Source of the DNA: Dehalococcoidia bacterium
GTDB taxonomy: Bacteria > Chloroflexota > Dehalococcoidia > DSTF01 > JACRBR01
NCBI GenBank assembly: GCA_038211505.1
Contig: JBBQVO010000001.1
Span: 1-62,992, forward strand
Direction: 5' to 3'
DNA length: 62,992 nucleotides
Both the position numbers and the translations under genes were made by a program. Numbering within the stretch: position 1 is the stretch's first letter; each line of letters starts with the position of its first letter. The notes below the pieces were generated by a model. It saw nothing but the letters and a program-made list of their open reading frames with translations, had not been told where the DNA came from and did no database searches. Below, piece by piece: positions 26,026-35,734 of this stretch.

Positions 26026-27141
26026 ATGCTCGACGTGTACCTCCTCACGCTCGTACTCTCGCTGGCGATTGGTATCGCAGCCACCGTGCTGCTGCTTGCG
26101 CTGTCCCGCACGGAGCGCTTCCTCGCGTTGTTTCACGTGCGCGGCGTCCAAGAGCGGCCACGATGGGGCGGCGTCGTCTTCCTTGCGACGTTCGCGTTGA
26201 CGCCGTTCGTGGCGTCGGCCGTCTCATCGCATGCGGATGAGCTGTTCTCCCCGAAATCGGGCAGCTTCCTGGGGTTGTTGGCGGCCACAGCGCTCGTCTT
26301 CCTCGTCGGGTTCTTCGACGACGTGCGGCTCGTCAGCCCGCAGGTGCGTCTGCTCGTGTTCGCGACGGGCGCCACGGCAGCGTATGCCGCGGGCTACCGA
26401 ATCGACGACGTCGGCCTGCCGTGGGGGCCGGAGATCCATCTCGGGTTCGCCGGGTTCGCGCTGACCGTGCTATGGATCGTGGCCGTGACGAACGCCATCA
26501 ACTGGATCGACGGCCGCGACGGTGTGGCGATGGGTGTCGCGATCTTTGCTTGCATCACGATGGCGCAGATCGCCGGACATTCGAATCACCCGACGGTGGC
26601 GCTGCTGCTCGTCGCGCTGGCCGGCGCCGGCCTCGGATTCCTGCCGTTCAACCTGCCGCCGGCATCGAGCTATGTCGGTGACTCAGGCGCCTACGTTCTC
26701 GGCTTCGTGCTCGGGACGCTATCGATCCGGGCGTCGACCGGGCCGACGAACCAGATCTTCATCGCCGTGCCGCTCGTCGCCCTCGGCTACCCGGTGCTCG
26801 ACTTCGTGCTCGCTACGGTGCGGCGGCTGCTGCATCACCAGCACCCGATGGTCGGCGACGAGGATCACATCCACCACCGCCTCGAAATGCACGGCGCCGG
26901 ACCGCGCGGCATGCTCGTGATCATCTATTCGTTCGCGGCCCTGTTCTCCGTCGGCGCCATCCTCCTGCACTACGTCGACGAGACGTGGATGGAGGCGTCC
27001 GTGCTTGCCGTGCTGCTTGTCGTCGTCGGCGGCACGTTGCTGCGGTTGGGGTACATCGTGACGATGTGGAACAGTCGCAGCGTCGTCTGGCTGCGTCAGC
27101 GCGTCTTCGCTCCGGCTGACCAGCACGATCGCGGCGGATAG
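26026..27141 (+). CDS. Polyprenyl-phosphate sugar-1-phosphate transferase (MraY/WecA family, GT4)
   Basis: 371 aa with about 10 TM segments. Motifs are 'FFDDV', 'NAINWIDGRDGVAMG' and 'GDSGAYVLGF'. Confidence 0.85.
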   Translation: MLDVYLLTLVLSLAIGIAATVLLLALSRTERFLALFHVRGVQERPRWGGVVFLATFALTPFVASAVSSHADELFSPKSGSFLGLLAATALVFLVGFFDDVRLVSPQVRLLVFATGATAAYAAGYRIDDVGLPWGPEIHLGFAGFALTVLWIVAVTNAINWIDGRDGVAMGVAIFACITMAQIAGHSNHPTVALLLVALAGAGLGFLPFNLPPASSYVGDSGAYVLGFVLGTLSIRASTGPTNQIFIAVPLVALGYPVLDFVLATVRRLLHHQHPMVGDEDHIHHRLEMHGAGPRGMLVIIYSFAALFSVGAILLHYVDETWMEASVLAVLLVVVGGTLLRLGYIVTMWNSRSVVWLRQRVFAPADQHDRGG

Positions 27142-27269
27142 CGCTCCCACCGGAACAGTGACACAGAGGTTTGCCCGACCGCCGTCGATCTGTGGTGCGC
27201 GGCGGCGGCGTATGTTCGTGTCCAACGTCGGCCGCCGATCTCTCCCCGCGCTCCGTGGTCGATAGCTGA

Positions 27270-28127
27270 CTAACGTGTAAAGGCATGGCGCCCGAGCATG
27301 TATGTCGCGCGGGCGGCGATGCCGGCGGCCGTGGCTGCGTCCCGGGCGATGTTGCCGCGGAGGTGCTTCCGGTAGTAGCGCCACATGCTCTTGTGGCGCT
27401 CGATGATCATCCGTGACGACGGATGAGCGCTGACGCCGATCGTGTGATACATCCGCGACGCCGGGTTGTAAACGACGCTGTAGCCCGCATCACGAACGCG
27501 GCGGCAGAGATCGACGTCCTCGGCGAACATGAAGAAGCCGCTATCCCAGCCTCCTACTTCGTCGAAGACCCGACGTGAGATGACGATCGCCGCGCCGCTC
27601 ACCCAATCGACTTCACGAATCGACGAATGGTCGAAGTCGGACATGAGATATGAGCTTGAAAACCGATTGCGCGGCAGGATGCGCGTAAAGATCGAGTAGC
27701 GGTTGAAGAGCGCGGCGCCGTAGCCCGGGAAGGCGCGACAACTCAGCTGCAGCGATCCGTCGTCGTTGAGGAGCTTCGGCGCGACGATGCCGGTTTCTTG
27801 ATGCTCGTTCAGGTAGGCGACAAGCGGCGTCAGCGCGTCGTCGTCGAGCCGAATATCCGGATTGAGTTGCGCGATGATCGCGCCCGAAGATGCTGCGACG
27901 CCGTCATTGATCGCGGCCGAGAGGCCGCCGTTTGTCGAGCGGCGGATCACACGCACCCACGGATAGTTGAGCTCGATCATCTCGGCTGTACCGTCCGGCG
28001 ACGCGTTGTCAACGATGATCGTCTCGTAATTTGCATCCCCAAGATGCTCGCGTATCGAATCGAGACACGCAGGCAGCACCGCGCGCGAGTTGTAGCTGAT
28101 GATGACGATCGAGAGATCGAGGCTCAC
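27270..28127 (-). CDS. Glycosyltransferase family 2
   Basis: 'LSIVIISYNSRAVLPACLDS...IIVDNASPDGT' and 'AEDVDLCRR'. It overlaps the upstream GT gene by 4 nt. Confidence 0.85.
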   Translation of the reverse strand: MSLDLSIVIISYNSRAVLPACLDSIREHLGDANYETIIVDNASPDGTAEMIELNYPWVRVIRRSTNGGLSAAINDGVAASSGAIIAQLNPDIRLDDDALTPLVAYLNEHQETGIVAPKLLNDDGSLQLSCRAFPGYGAALFNRYSIFTRILPRNRFSSSYLMSDFDHSSIREVDWVSGAAIVISRRVFDEVGGWDSGFFMFAEDVDLCRRVRDAGYSVVYNPASRMYHTIGVSAHPSSRMIIERHKSMWRYYRKHLRGNIARDAATAAGIAARATYMLGRHAFTR

Positions 28128-29275
28128 CGGGAAGTCACCTCGCGCCGCACGACGCGTTCGAAAACTGCGTGCGTTTCATCCGCCGCCCGCCGCCAACTGA
28201 ACTGCGCCGCGCGGCGGAGACCGCGCTCCGCGAGATCGCGCCGCTGATCGCCATCGGAAAGCAGCCGACGGAGGCCGTCGCGGATGACGTCGGTCGACAG
28301 AGGATCAACGAGTAGCGCCGCGTCGGCGGCGACTTCGGCGGTGGCGGAGACGTTCGATGTGAGGACCGGCAAGCCGCAGGCCATCGCCTCGAGCACCGGC
28401 AGCCCGAACCCCTCGTAGAGGGACGGGAAGGCGAACACCGTCGCGGCGCGATAGAACGCCGGCAGATCGGCGGCGGCGACGTAGCCGGGGAAGATCACTC
28501 GATCCTTCATGCGGAGACTCTCGATGAGCGCAAGATCTACCTCGTACTTCCACGCACGCTGGCCGATGACAACGAGCGGATAGTCGATGCCTTCATCGCG
28601 CAGCACCCGCATTGCGCGGATCAGGCGTCCGCGATTTTTCCCCGGTTCGAGGCTGCCGACACTCAGCACGTACGGCCCTTCGAGGCCATAGCGCTGAACC
28701 AGGGCGCGCGCCTCGGCGGCATCGCCGGGGACGTACTGCGATCCCGCCGCCTCGTACACCGTGGCGATTTTCGCTGGCGCGACGCCGAGCAGCCGCGCCA
28801 CATCGTCGCGCACGGCGTTCGATGGCACGATGATCGCGTCGGCGACGCGAGCCGAGAGTCGCGTCAGCGTACGCATGTAGATCCGTCGCGCTACGGGGTA
28901 GCGTTCGGGGATGCGCTCGAACGTCAGGTCGTGAATCGTGACGACGCGACGGCACGAGACGCCGTGCAGCGGCAAGGTGTGGTGCGTCGAGTGCAGCACG
29001 TCGGCGCCGAGACGACCGAGCGAACCCGGGAGCTGTCGCTGCTCCCAGATGAGGCGCTGCACACGTGAAACGGCGTTGACGTGTTCGGTGCGCCAGTCGG
29101 GGCGGTCGGCGAGCTCGGCGTCGAACCAATCCCCGCGCGTGTAGAGGGCGTAGCCGTCGCGGCGATCGCGCTGCGCGAGAGCGCGCACGAGCTCGATCGC
29201 GTAGACGCCGGCGCCGGCAGGCAGCGGGGGAATCGATGTTGCGTCGATGGCGATTCTCACAGGGAGATTATCCAC
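28124..29275 (-). CDS. Glycosyltransferase (GT-B fold, family 4/1)
   Basis: 383 aa with a GTG start. The C-terminal motif is 'PSLYEGFGLPVLEAMACGLPVLTSN'. Confidence 0.85.
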   Translation of the reverse strand: MDNLPVRIAIDATSIPPLPAGAGVYAIELVRALAQRDRRDGYALYTRGDWFDAELADRPDWRTEHVNAVSRVQRLIWEQRQLPGSLGRLGADVLHSTHHTLPLHGVSCRRVVTIHDLTFERIPERYPVARRIYMRTLTRLSARVADAIIVPSNAVRDDVARLLGVAPAKIATVYEAAGSQYVPGDAAEARALVQRYGLEGPYVLSVGSLEPGKNRGRLIRAMRVLRDEGIDYPLVVIGQRAWKYEVDLALIESLRMKDRVIFPGYVAAADLPAFYRAATVFAFPSLYEGFGLPVLEAMACGLPVLTSNVSATAEVAADAALLVDPLSTDVIRDGLRRLLSDGDQRRDLAERGLRRAAQFSWRRAADETHAVFERVVRREVTSR

Positions 29276-29329
29276 AGATGGACACAGAACAGCACAGAGG
29301 ATGGGGTTGAAGCGGCGATTGCTCGTGAA

Positions 29330-30277
29330 CTAGAAATCAGCGACCTGCTTCGTTCGGGACATGCGGCCGCGGTAGTAGTCGACGGCGCCGAGGAGCATCG
29401 CTCGGAGCAGGCGCCACTCTCCGCGCGATGCCATGCGCACGGCCGTCGCGACGCGCGTAAGCCAGAAGTACGCGGTGAAGCGGGCGTAGGCGATGCGCGA
29501 TGTGGTGTTCTTGCGGACGAGATAGAGGCGGTTGCGCGTCGCGTAATACTGCTTGAACGGCGTCATCCAGCCGCCGCCGCTCGAACCGCTCTCGCGATGA
29601 TAGATGACGGCCGAAGGCTCGTAGCGGATGTGGTATCCGAATGCGCGGGCGCGGCGCAGCCAGTCCGTCTCTTCGTAGTACATGAAGAAGCGCTCGTCGA
29701 GGCGGCCGGCGTCTCGGAACGCCTGCGCCGGCACGAGCGCGCAGCAGAAGCTCGCCGTCTCGAGATCGTCGCGCCTGGTGTTGGTTGCCGCGCCGTCGAG
29801 CTGTCCGTGAAATGTGTCACGAAAAAGACCGAGACTCCAATCGAAGCCGCCAGCATGTGTGCTGATGCGGCGATGATCGTCGGCGAAGAGAATCTTCGGA
29901 ACGACGATCGTCTGGGCGTCGGCCGCGTCGCTCATCCGGCGCAGGAAGTTCGGCGAAAGCGTCGTGTCGTTGTTGAGGAAGAGCACGGACTCGCGCTGGT
30001 CGATGAAGCCGCGGTCGAACGGCAGATTGACGCCGGCGGCGAAGCCGATGTTCTCGTTGCAACGAACGAATGTGCCATCCGGGAACGCCGCTTCGATCGT
30101 GGCCATCGAGCCATCGGTCGAGCCGGAATCGACGACGATCAGTCGCCAGTTCGCATACTCGACTGCCGCGAGCGACGCGCAGAAATCGTCGATGAAGGCG
30201 GCGCTGTTGTAGTTGACGACGACAATGGCGACGGGCGGCGACTCAGGCATCGGCGCGGACGCGGTTTCGTTCGACAT
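29330..30277 (-). CDS. Glycosyltransferase family 2 (rhamnosyltransferase-like)
   Basis: 'VAIVVVNYNSAAFIDDFC...LIVVDSGSTDGS' and 'YEETDWLRR'. The start is uncertain (ATG at 30277 or 30250), and the longest ORF to 30373 overlaps rfbD. Confidence 0.8.
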   Translation of the reverse strand: MSNETASAPMPESPPVAIVVVNYNSAAFIDDFCASLAAVEYANWRLIVVDSGSTDGSMATIEAAFPDGTFVRCNENIGFAAGVNLPFDRGFIDQRESVLFLNNDTTLSPNFLRRMSDAADAQTIVVPKILFADDHRRISTHAGGFDWSLGLFRDTFHGQLDGAATNTRRDDLETASFCCALVPAQAFRDAGRLDERFFMYYEETDWLRRARAFGYHIRYEPSAVIYHRESGSSGGGWMTPFKQYYATRNRLYLVRKNTTSRIAYARFTAYFWLTRVATAVRMASRGEWRLLRAMLLGAVDYYRGRMSRTKQVADF

Positions 30278-31112
30278 ACCGCGCCAGCGCGTCCTGCCAC
30301 GGACGCAGCATGACGCCGACAGCGGCCGCGCGCGTGTTGGCGAGCACCGAGTACGGCGGCTTCTGCGGTCCATCGTAGCCGCCGGCGCGCAGTTCCGGCG
30401 TCGTGACGGCCGCTACGGGCAGCTCGCCATATCCCAGCAGGCGCAAGATCTCGATCGCCCAGTCGAAGCGCGATGCCTCCCCCGCGTTCGTTAGGTGATA
30501 GATGCCGGGCGGCGCGGCGGCGTCGATCAGCTTTGCGATTGCTGCGGCGAGGTCGTCGGTTTCGGTGGGCGTGGCGATTTCGTCTGTGACAAAGCTCAGG
30601 TTGCGGCCGGCGGTCGCCGCGGCCCGCACCTTCTCGATGAAATTGTTGCCGCCGTCACCGTAGAGCCACGACGTGCGGACGATCAGCGTATCGGGACAGG
30701 CAGCGGCGGCCAGCACTTCGCCGTCAAGCTTCGAGATCGCGTAGGCGTTGAGCGGGCCCGTGGCGTCGCTTTCGATATACGGCTCGCGCTTCGCGCCGGC
30801 GTACACCTCGTTCGTGCTGATCGCGATGAGCCGCACGCCGATGCTCGCGCATGCACGCGCGACGTTCTCGGTGCCGATGCCGTTGATGGCACGCGCGAGC
30901 CCCGGTTCGCGCTCGCAGCGATTGGTGTCGGTAAGCGCCGCGGAATGGATGACGACGTTCGGACGATGCTGCGCGATCGTCGAACGGACGGCGTCGACGT
31001 CCGCAATGTCGAGATCGCTGTGGCCGAGCGCAACAACATCGTGCATCGCTAACGTGCGTTGGAGACTGCGGCCGAGCTGGCCGTTCGCGCCTGTGATCAG
31101 GATCTTCATCAA
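30243..31112 (-). CDS. rfbD: dTDP-4-dehydrorhamnose reductase
   Basis: 289 aa with 'MKILITGANGQLGRSL', 'YAISKLDGE' (YxxxK) and 'RTSWLYG'. Confidence 0.9.
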   Translation of the reverse strand: MMKILITGANGQLGRSLQRTLAMHDVVALGHSDLDIADVDAVRSTIAQHRPNVVIHSAALTDTNRCEREPGLARAINGIGTENVARACASIGVRLIAISTNEVYAGAKREPYIESDATGPLNAYAISKLDGEVLAAAACPDTLIVRTSWLYGDGGNNFIEKVRAAATAGRNLSFVTDEIATPTETDDLAAAIAKLIDAAAPPGIYHLTNAGEASRFDWAIEILRLLGYGELPVAAVTTPELRAGGYDGPQKPPYSVLANTRAAAVGVMLRPWQDALARYVERNRVRADA

Positions 31113-31303
31113 GGTGAGTGTAGCGGCTCAGCGAGCATGCCTAGCCGTCGGTCTCGCGCGGCACCGAGTGGATGATCGCGACTGGTGGACTGCGCAAGTC
31201 CGGCGTCCCGAACGGACGGTCGAAGGGCGGCCATCCCACGTGCGCGGCTTCTTGTTCATTTCAGAACGGACACAGTTAAACGAGCAGCGTCATTGCGTGG
31301 TCG

Positions 31304-32335
31304 TTACTCGGCGTACGGGCGGGAGGTGGCGAGGCGGTCGGCGTACTGGCGCTCGTAATACGCGCGAAACTCGCCGGACTTGATCTTCTCCCACCAGCTG
31401 CGGTTGTCGGCATACCACCGGACGGTACGCTCCATCGCCGCGTCGAAGTCGTACTGCGGCCGCCAGCCAAGCGCGCGGAGCTTCGTCCAGTCCATGTAGT
31501 AACAGGGATCGTGACCGGCGCGATCATCGACGAAGTGGATCAGGTCGTACGGCTTGTCGAGCAGGTCGAGGATGGCGCGCGCAACATCGATGTTCGGGCG
31601 GTGGTTGTCAGCCTGGATGTTGTACGCTTCGCCCTTCTCGCCGCGATCGAGCAGCAGCAGCAGCGCCCGCACGTTGTCTTCGACGTAGAGGCGGTCGCGC
31701 ATCTGCAGACCTTCGCCGTAGAGCGGCAGCGGCTCGTTGTCGAGCGCGTTCGTCACGAACAGCGGGATCGCCTTCTCGGGATACTGATACGGGCCGACGT
31801 TGTTGGCCGGGCGAGCGACGACGACCTGCAGTCCGTACGTCTCGGCGAAGGCGTGGCACATCATGTCGCCCGCCGCCTTGCTCACGGCGTACGGGCTGCG
31901 CGGCTTGAAGGCGTCGTCTTCGCGACGCGGATTCTCTTCCGTCGCGGGCCCGTAGACCTCGTCGGTCGAGATATGCAACATGCGCTCGACGCTGTAATCG
32001 CGCGCGGACGACAGCACGTTGTAGGCGCCGCGCAGGTTCGTCTCCATAAAGTCGGCGGCGTCGTCGATCGATCGGTCCACGTGCGTTTCGGCGGCAAAGT
32101 TCACGACAGCATCGCAGCCGCGCATCGCCTCGGCTACGGCCGCGGCGTCGGCGATGTTGCCGTGCACGAATGAGTAGCGCTTGTCGCCCGCGACATCGTT
32201 GAGGTTCTCGAGGTTGCCGGCGTACGTCAGCGCGTCGAAGTTGACGACTTCAACGTCCGGGCGCTCACGCATGACGTAGCGGATGAAATTGCTGCCGATG
32301 AAGCCGGCGCCACCGGCGACGAGCATCCGTCGCAT
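31304..32335 (-). CDS. rfbB: dTDP-glucose 4,6-dehydratase
   Basis: 343 aa with 'MLVAGGAGFIGSNFIR', 'STDEVYG' and 'YAVSKAAGD'. Confidence 0.93.
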   Translation of the reverse strand: MRRMLVAGGAGFIGSNFIRYVMRERPDVEVVNFDALTYAGNLENLNDVAGDKRYSFVHGNIADAAAVAEAMRGCDAVVNFAAETHVDRSIDDAADFMETNLRGAYNVLSSARDYSVERMLHISTDEVYGPATEENPRREDDAFKPRSPYAVSKAAGDMMCHAFAETYGLQVVVARPANNVGPYQYPEKAIPLFVTNALDNEPLPLYGEGLQMRDRLYVEDNVRALLLLLDRGEKGEAYNIQADNHRPNIDVARAILDLLDKPYDLIHFVDDRAGHDPCYYMDWTKLRALGWRPQYDFDAAMERTVRWYADNRSWWEKIKSGEFRAYYERQYADRLATSRPYAE

Positions 32336-33429
32336 CAGGGCACCCGTATTCGGCTGAAGTCGCCGAGGATCATCGTGTAGCCGCGTGGCTTCCGGTCATC
32401 GCCGACCAACTCAACATCGCGGCCGATCAGACTCTGCTCGATGCGGTGGCCGAGATGCTTGATCGTCGTATTCTCGAGCACGACACTGCCGGCGATCTCG
32501 CTCTCGACGATATGACAGTTGCGGTCGATCGACGTGAACGGGCCCACGTACGAGTTCTCGATACGCGTGTGCTCGCCGATGATCGCCGGGCCGCTGATCA
32601 CGCTGTTGACGATTGTGCATCCCTCTTGAAGGACGACGCGGCCGTGCAGTTTCGAGTCTTCATCGACGCTGCCGCCGCTGCGGTCGTCCGGTAACGATTC
32701 GAGAACGATGCGGTTGGCGGCGAGCAGGTCGTCGTGACGGCCGGTATCGATCCACTCGCCTTGCACCACTTCGGCACGGACTTCCGATCCGTTGTCGAGC
32801 AGCCACTGGATCGTATCCGTGATCTCGAGTTCGCCGCGCGCGGAGGGCTTGATGTTCGCGATCGCCTCGAAGACGCGGCTCGTGAACATGTAAATGCCGA
32901 TGACGGCGAGATCGCTCGGCGGCTGCTGCGGCTTTTCGACGACCCGCACCAGGCGCTCGCCTTCGAACGCAGCCACGCCGAACTCGCGCGCGTCGGGCAC
33001 TTGCTTGAGGACGATCGTCGAGTCGGCATTGGAGGCGGCGAACGCTTCGACGAACGAAACGATCCCGTGCGTGAGGAAGTTGTCGCCGAGATACGTGACG
33101 AACGGCGCATCGCCGAGCTCATCGCGGGCGATGGCGATCGCCTGGGCGATGCCGCCCGGCTCAAGCTGCGTGATGTAGGTGATGTTGGCGCCGAATCGGC
33201 TGCCATCGCCGGCCTCCCGGCGCACCTGGTCGCCGGTTTCGGGCGTGATGACGATCGAGATGTCGCTAATGCCGGCTTCAACCAGCTGCTCGATCGCGTA
33301 GAAGACGATCGGCTTGTTGGCGATCGGAACCAGTTGCTTCGCGCCCGTGTACGTCAGCGGCCGCAGCCGGCTGCCTTTGCCGCCGCAGAGCACGAGTCCC
33401 TTCATGGATCCCTTCGTCGATCTCGCCAT
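32335..33429 (-). CDS. rfbA: Glucose-1-phosphate thymidylyltransferase, long form (nucleotidyltransferase plus left-handed beta-helix)
   Basis: 'LVLCGGKGSRLRPLTYTGAKQLVPIANKP'. The C-terminal hexapeptide-repeat region is 'VVLQEGCTIVNSVISGPAIIGEHTRIENSYVGP'. The start could instead be the ATG at 33405. Confidence 0.8.
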   Translation of the reverse strand: MARSTKGSMKGLVLCGGKGSRLRPLTYTGAKQLVPIANKPIVFYAIEQLVEAGISDISIVITPETGDQVRREAGDGSRFGANITYITQLEPGGIAQAIAIARDELGDAPFVTYLGDNFLTHGIVSFVEAFAASNADSTIVLKQVPDAREFGVAAFEGERLVRVVEKPQQPPSDLAVIGIYMFTSRVFEAIANIKPSARGELEITDTIQWLLDNGSEVRAEVVQGEWIDTGRHDDLLAANRIVLESLPDDRSGGSVDEDSKLHGRVVLQEGCTIVNSVISGPAIIGEHTRIENSYVGPFTSIDRNCHIVESEIAGSVVLENTTIKHLGHRIEQSLIGRDVELVGDDRKPRGYTMILGDFSRIRVP

Positions 33430-33639
33430 AACGGGGCCAGTCTACCATTCGCTACGGGCTCGAAATGTTCCACCACAGGGGCACGGAGGCACAGAGGTTT
33501 GGTGAGATCGTGATCACGTTAGGTTCGTCGTTCTGGCGGCCTCTCTGTAGTTTCGACTCCAGGCGAGCGATCAACTAGCCCTCGCGGCGGGCGGGTGGCA
33601 AGATCGCTGAAGAATCAGGTGCTGAGCAGCGGAGGACGC

Positions 33640-34422
33640 ATGGACGTACGGGGAAAGACAGCGATCGTTACGGGTTCGGCCGTAGGTGTCGGGCGCGCGA
33701 CAGCCCTCGATCTCGCGAAGCGCGGCGCGAACGTCGTGATCAACTACGCGCGCTCGGAAGATGATGCGAAGGAGGCCGTCCGACTCGTCGAGGCGGCGGG
33801 CGCGAAGGCGCTGCTCGTGAAGACCGACGTCGCCGACGACGCGCAGGTGCAGTCGATGGTGCGGCAGACCGTCGAGGCGTTCGGCGGGCTGCATATTCTC
33901 GTCAACAATGCGGCGATGACGCACTTCGTCGGATTCCCCGATCTCGATGGCATGAAGTCGGAATACTGGGACGACATCTTCGCGGTCAACGTGAAAGGCG
34001 CGTTCTTCTGCTCGCGCGCCGCAGCGAAGGCGATGCGTGCGACGCTCACTGGAGGCGAACGGGGCGGCGCCATCGTCAACGTGGCATCGGTGGCCGGCGT
34101 CCGAGCGATCGGCAGCTCGATCGCCTACGCGGCATCGAAAGCGGCGCTGATCAACATGACGGTAGCGCTTGCCCGCGTGCTTGGGCCGGAGATCCGCGTC
34201 AATTGCGTCGCGCCCGGGTTCATCGAGACGCGCTGGCTACGCGGCGGTCTCGGCGACGAGATCTACGACATCGGCAAGGCGTCGCAGACGAAGCTCGCGC
34301 CGCTGAAAGCCGTCTGTCAGCCGGAAGACGTCTCGCAGTTGATCCTCAGCCTCATCGAAGGCGCGGATCTCGTCACGGGGCAGACAGTGGTGATCGACGG
34401 CGGCGTAGGCATCGCTGGCTAG
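33640..34422 (+). CDS. SDR family oxidoreductase (FabG-like)
   Basis: Takes the ATG at 33640, preceded by GGAGGA. Motifs are 'TGSAVGVGRA', 'NNAA' and 'YAASKAAL'. Confidence 0.85.
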   Translation: MDVRGKTAIVTGSAVGVGRATALDLAKRGANVVINYARSEDDAKEAVRLVEAAGAKALLVKTDVADDAQVQSMVRQTVEAFGGLHILVNNAAMTHFVGFPDLDGMKSEYWDDIFAVNVKGAFFCSRAAAKAMRATLTGGERGGAIVNVASVAGVRAIGSSIAYAASKAALINMTVALARVLGPEIRVNCVAPGFIETRWLRGGLGDEIYDIGKASQTKLAPLKAVCQPEDVSQLILSLIEGADLVTGQTVVIDGGVGIAG

Positions 34423-34521
34423 TCAAACATCCGCTTGTGTGCGCGTCGACCGTCCCAACTCTCCCCACAGTAATCCCTCTGTGTCCTCTGTGGATCAGTC
34501 GTCCGTCGCATCGGGTAGCAT

Positions 34522-34893
34522 GCGGGTGCCAGCGGGCCGGGTGGCCGCTCGCCGCGAGGCGGGAGGAAAGTCCGAACTCCACAGGGCAGGGTGCCCGCTA
34601 ACAGCGGGGCGTCGCGAGGCGACGGAAAGTGCCACAGAGACATACCGCCCGCAAGGGTAAGGGTGAAATGGTGCGGTAAGAGCGCACCGGCGGCGTGGAG
34701 ACACGGCGGCCGGGCAAACCCCACCCGGAGCAAGGCCACATAGGGGACCGCGTCCGTTCGCGGACTAAGGACGGCCCGTCCGAGAGTCCCGGGTTGGCCG
34801 CTCGAGCCGCGCAGCAATGCTCGGCCCAGATAGATGGCCACCGATCCGCCTTCGGCGGATTACAGAATTCGGCTTACAGGCCCGCTGGCACTT
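34522..34893 (+). ncRNA. rnpB: RNase P RNA, bacterial type A
   Basis: Conserved P4 strands 'GGGAGGAAAGTCCG' and 'ACAGAATTCGGCTTA', plus 'GGGTGAAA..GGTGCGGTAAGAGCGCACC'. P1 pairs 'gtgccagcgggcc' (34526..) with 'ggcccgctggcac' (..34891), and P2 pairs 'ggtggcc' with 'ggccacc'. Confidence 0.92.
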
Positions 34894-34980
34894 CTTCCAC
34901 GAGACCCGAGGTACGACTCTTCGCGGGTGCGCCGCGTCCGGGCCTCGTTCACCGGATCGCGACGTGCCCGCGCGTCCGCG

Positions 34981-35070
34981 CTACTTCTTCTTTTCGGACT
35001 TTGCGCCGGTCTTCGCCTGCGACTTCTGCTTGTTCGACTTCGCGGTGCTCTTCGGGCTCTTGTCACCCAT
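34981..35070 (-). CDS. Candidate 29-aa lysine-rich small protein
   Basis: 'MGDKSPKSTAKSNKQKSQAKTGAKSEKKK' with AAGGAG 10 nt upstream of the ATG. It is too short for the ORF track and was found by eye. Confidence 0.35.
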   Translation of the reverse strand: MGDKSPKSTAKSNKQKSQAKTGAKSEKKK

Positions 35071-35734
35071 GGCTTCGGTGCTCCTTCACTGTCTCGCCCG
35101 ACGCGAGGTATGCGTCTCCACGTATGCAAGCAGTTCGCGCGATAATAGTCAATAGCAGCGCGTGAGATCCTCACAATTTCCGGGTCGTCGCGCGTCGACC
35201 AGACCCGTCCTGCTTCAGCATCGGCGTGAGAGACCCGTTTCGGTATGTGCGACGCCGATCTGGTTCCGGTTCCATGAGGCAACGGGGGTGTTGCCGACAT
35301 CCACAACCCGACTTCGCGCGATCTGCCTTGGGAGACTTCGATGACGGCGGGCACTCTGGACACCATGGCTGCTCCGTTGCACGCCGACCTTGATGATGCG
35401 GTAGAAGCGGTACTCGAGCAGGCCAACCCAAAGTCTCCGAGGTCGCCTAACCTCAGGTGCTAGAGAGTCTGGTCGCCGGTCGCAAATAACACTTTCGCAA
35501 TGCGGAGTGACGTTGCGGCGGCGGTTGGCGGTGGGTGAGTCGCTATAGTTCAGGGCACGACGCTCGAACTTTTCGCGCGAGGACGCGCGACGCTCAAGGA
35601 GTGGGCACTCTCAACATCGACGCCCAGCACTGCTAGCAACGTGCGAATTCGTGATGCGTCGCGCCGCGCGATCGTGCGCAGGCACGCCGACGCGGTCGCC
35701 GCGCGACAATCTTCGGGTAGTTCAGGAGGTGGTA

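Noticed and set aside
29268-29276. Perfect DnaA-box 9-mer TTATCCACA
   Set aside because: It is a single copy that overlaps the GTG start of the GT4 gene. It is part of the 'CCACAGAT/CACAGAGG' word-repeat run. There is no cluster of boxes or AT-rich unwinding element, and a single hit in 2 x 63 kb could be chance.
35100-35650. Fragments such as 'TRDDPEIVRISRAAIDYYRANCLHTW' (minus strand) as a degraded integrase or transposase remnant
   Set aside because: I recognise no catalytic motif or family pattern, and the similarity is purely impressionistic. I keep this only as an unexplained non-coding region.
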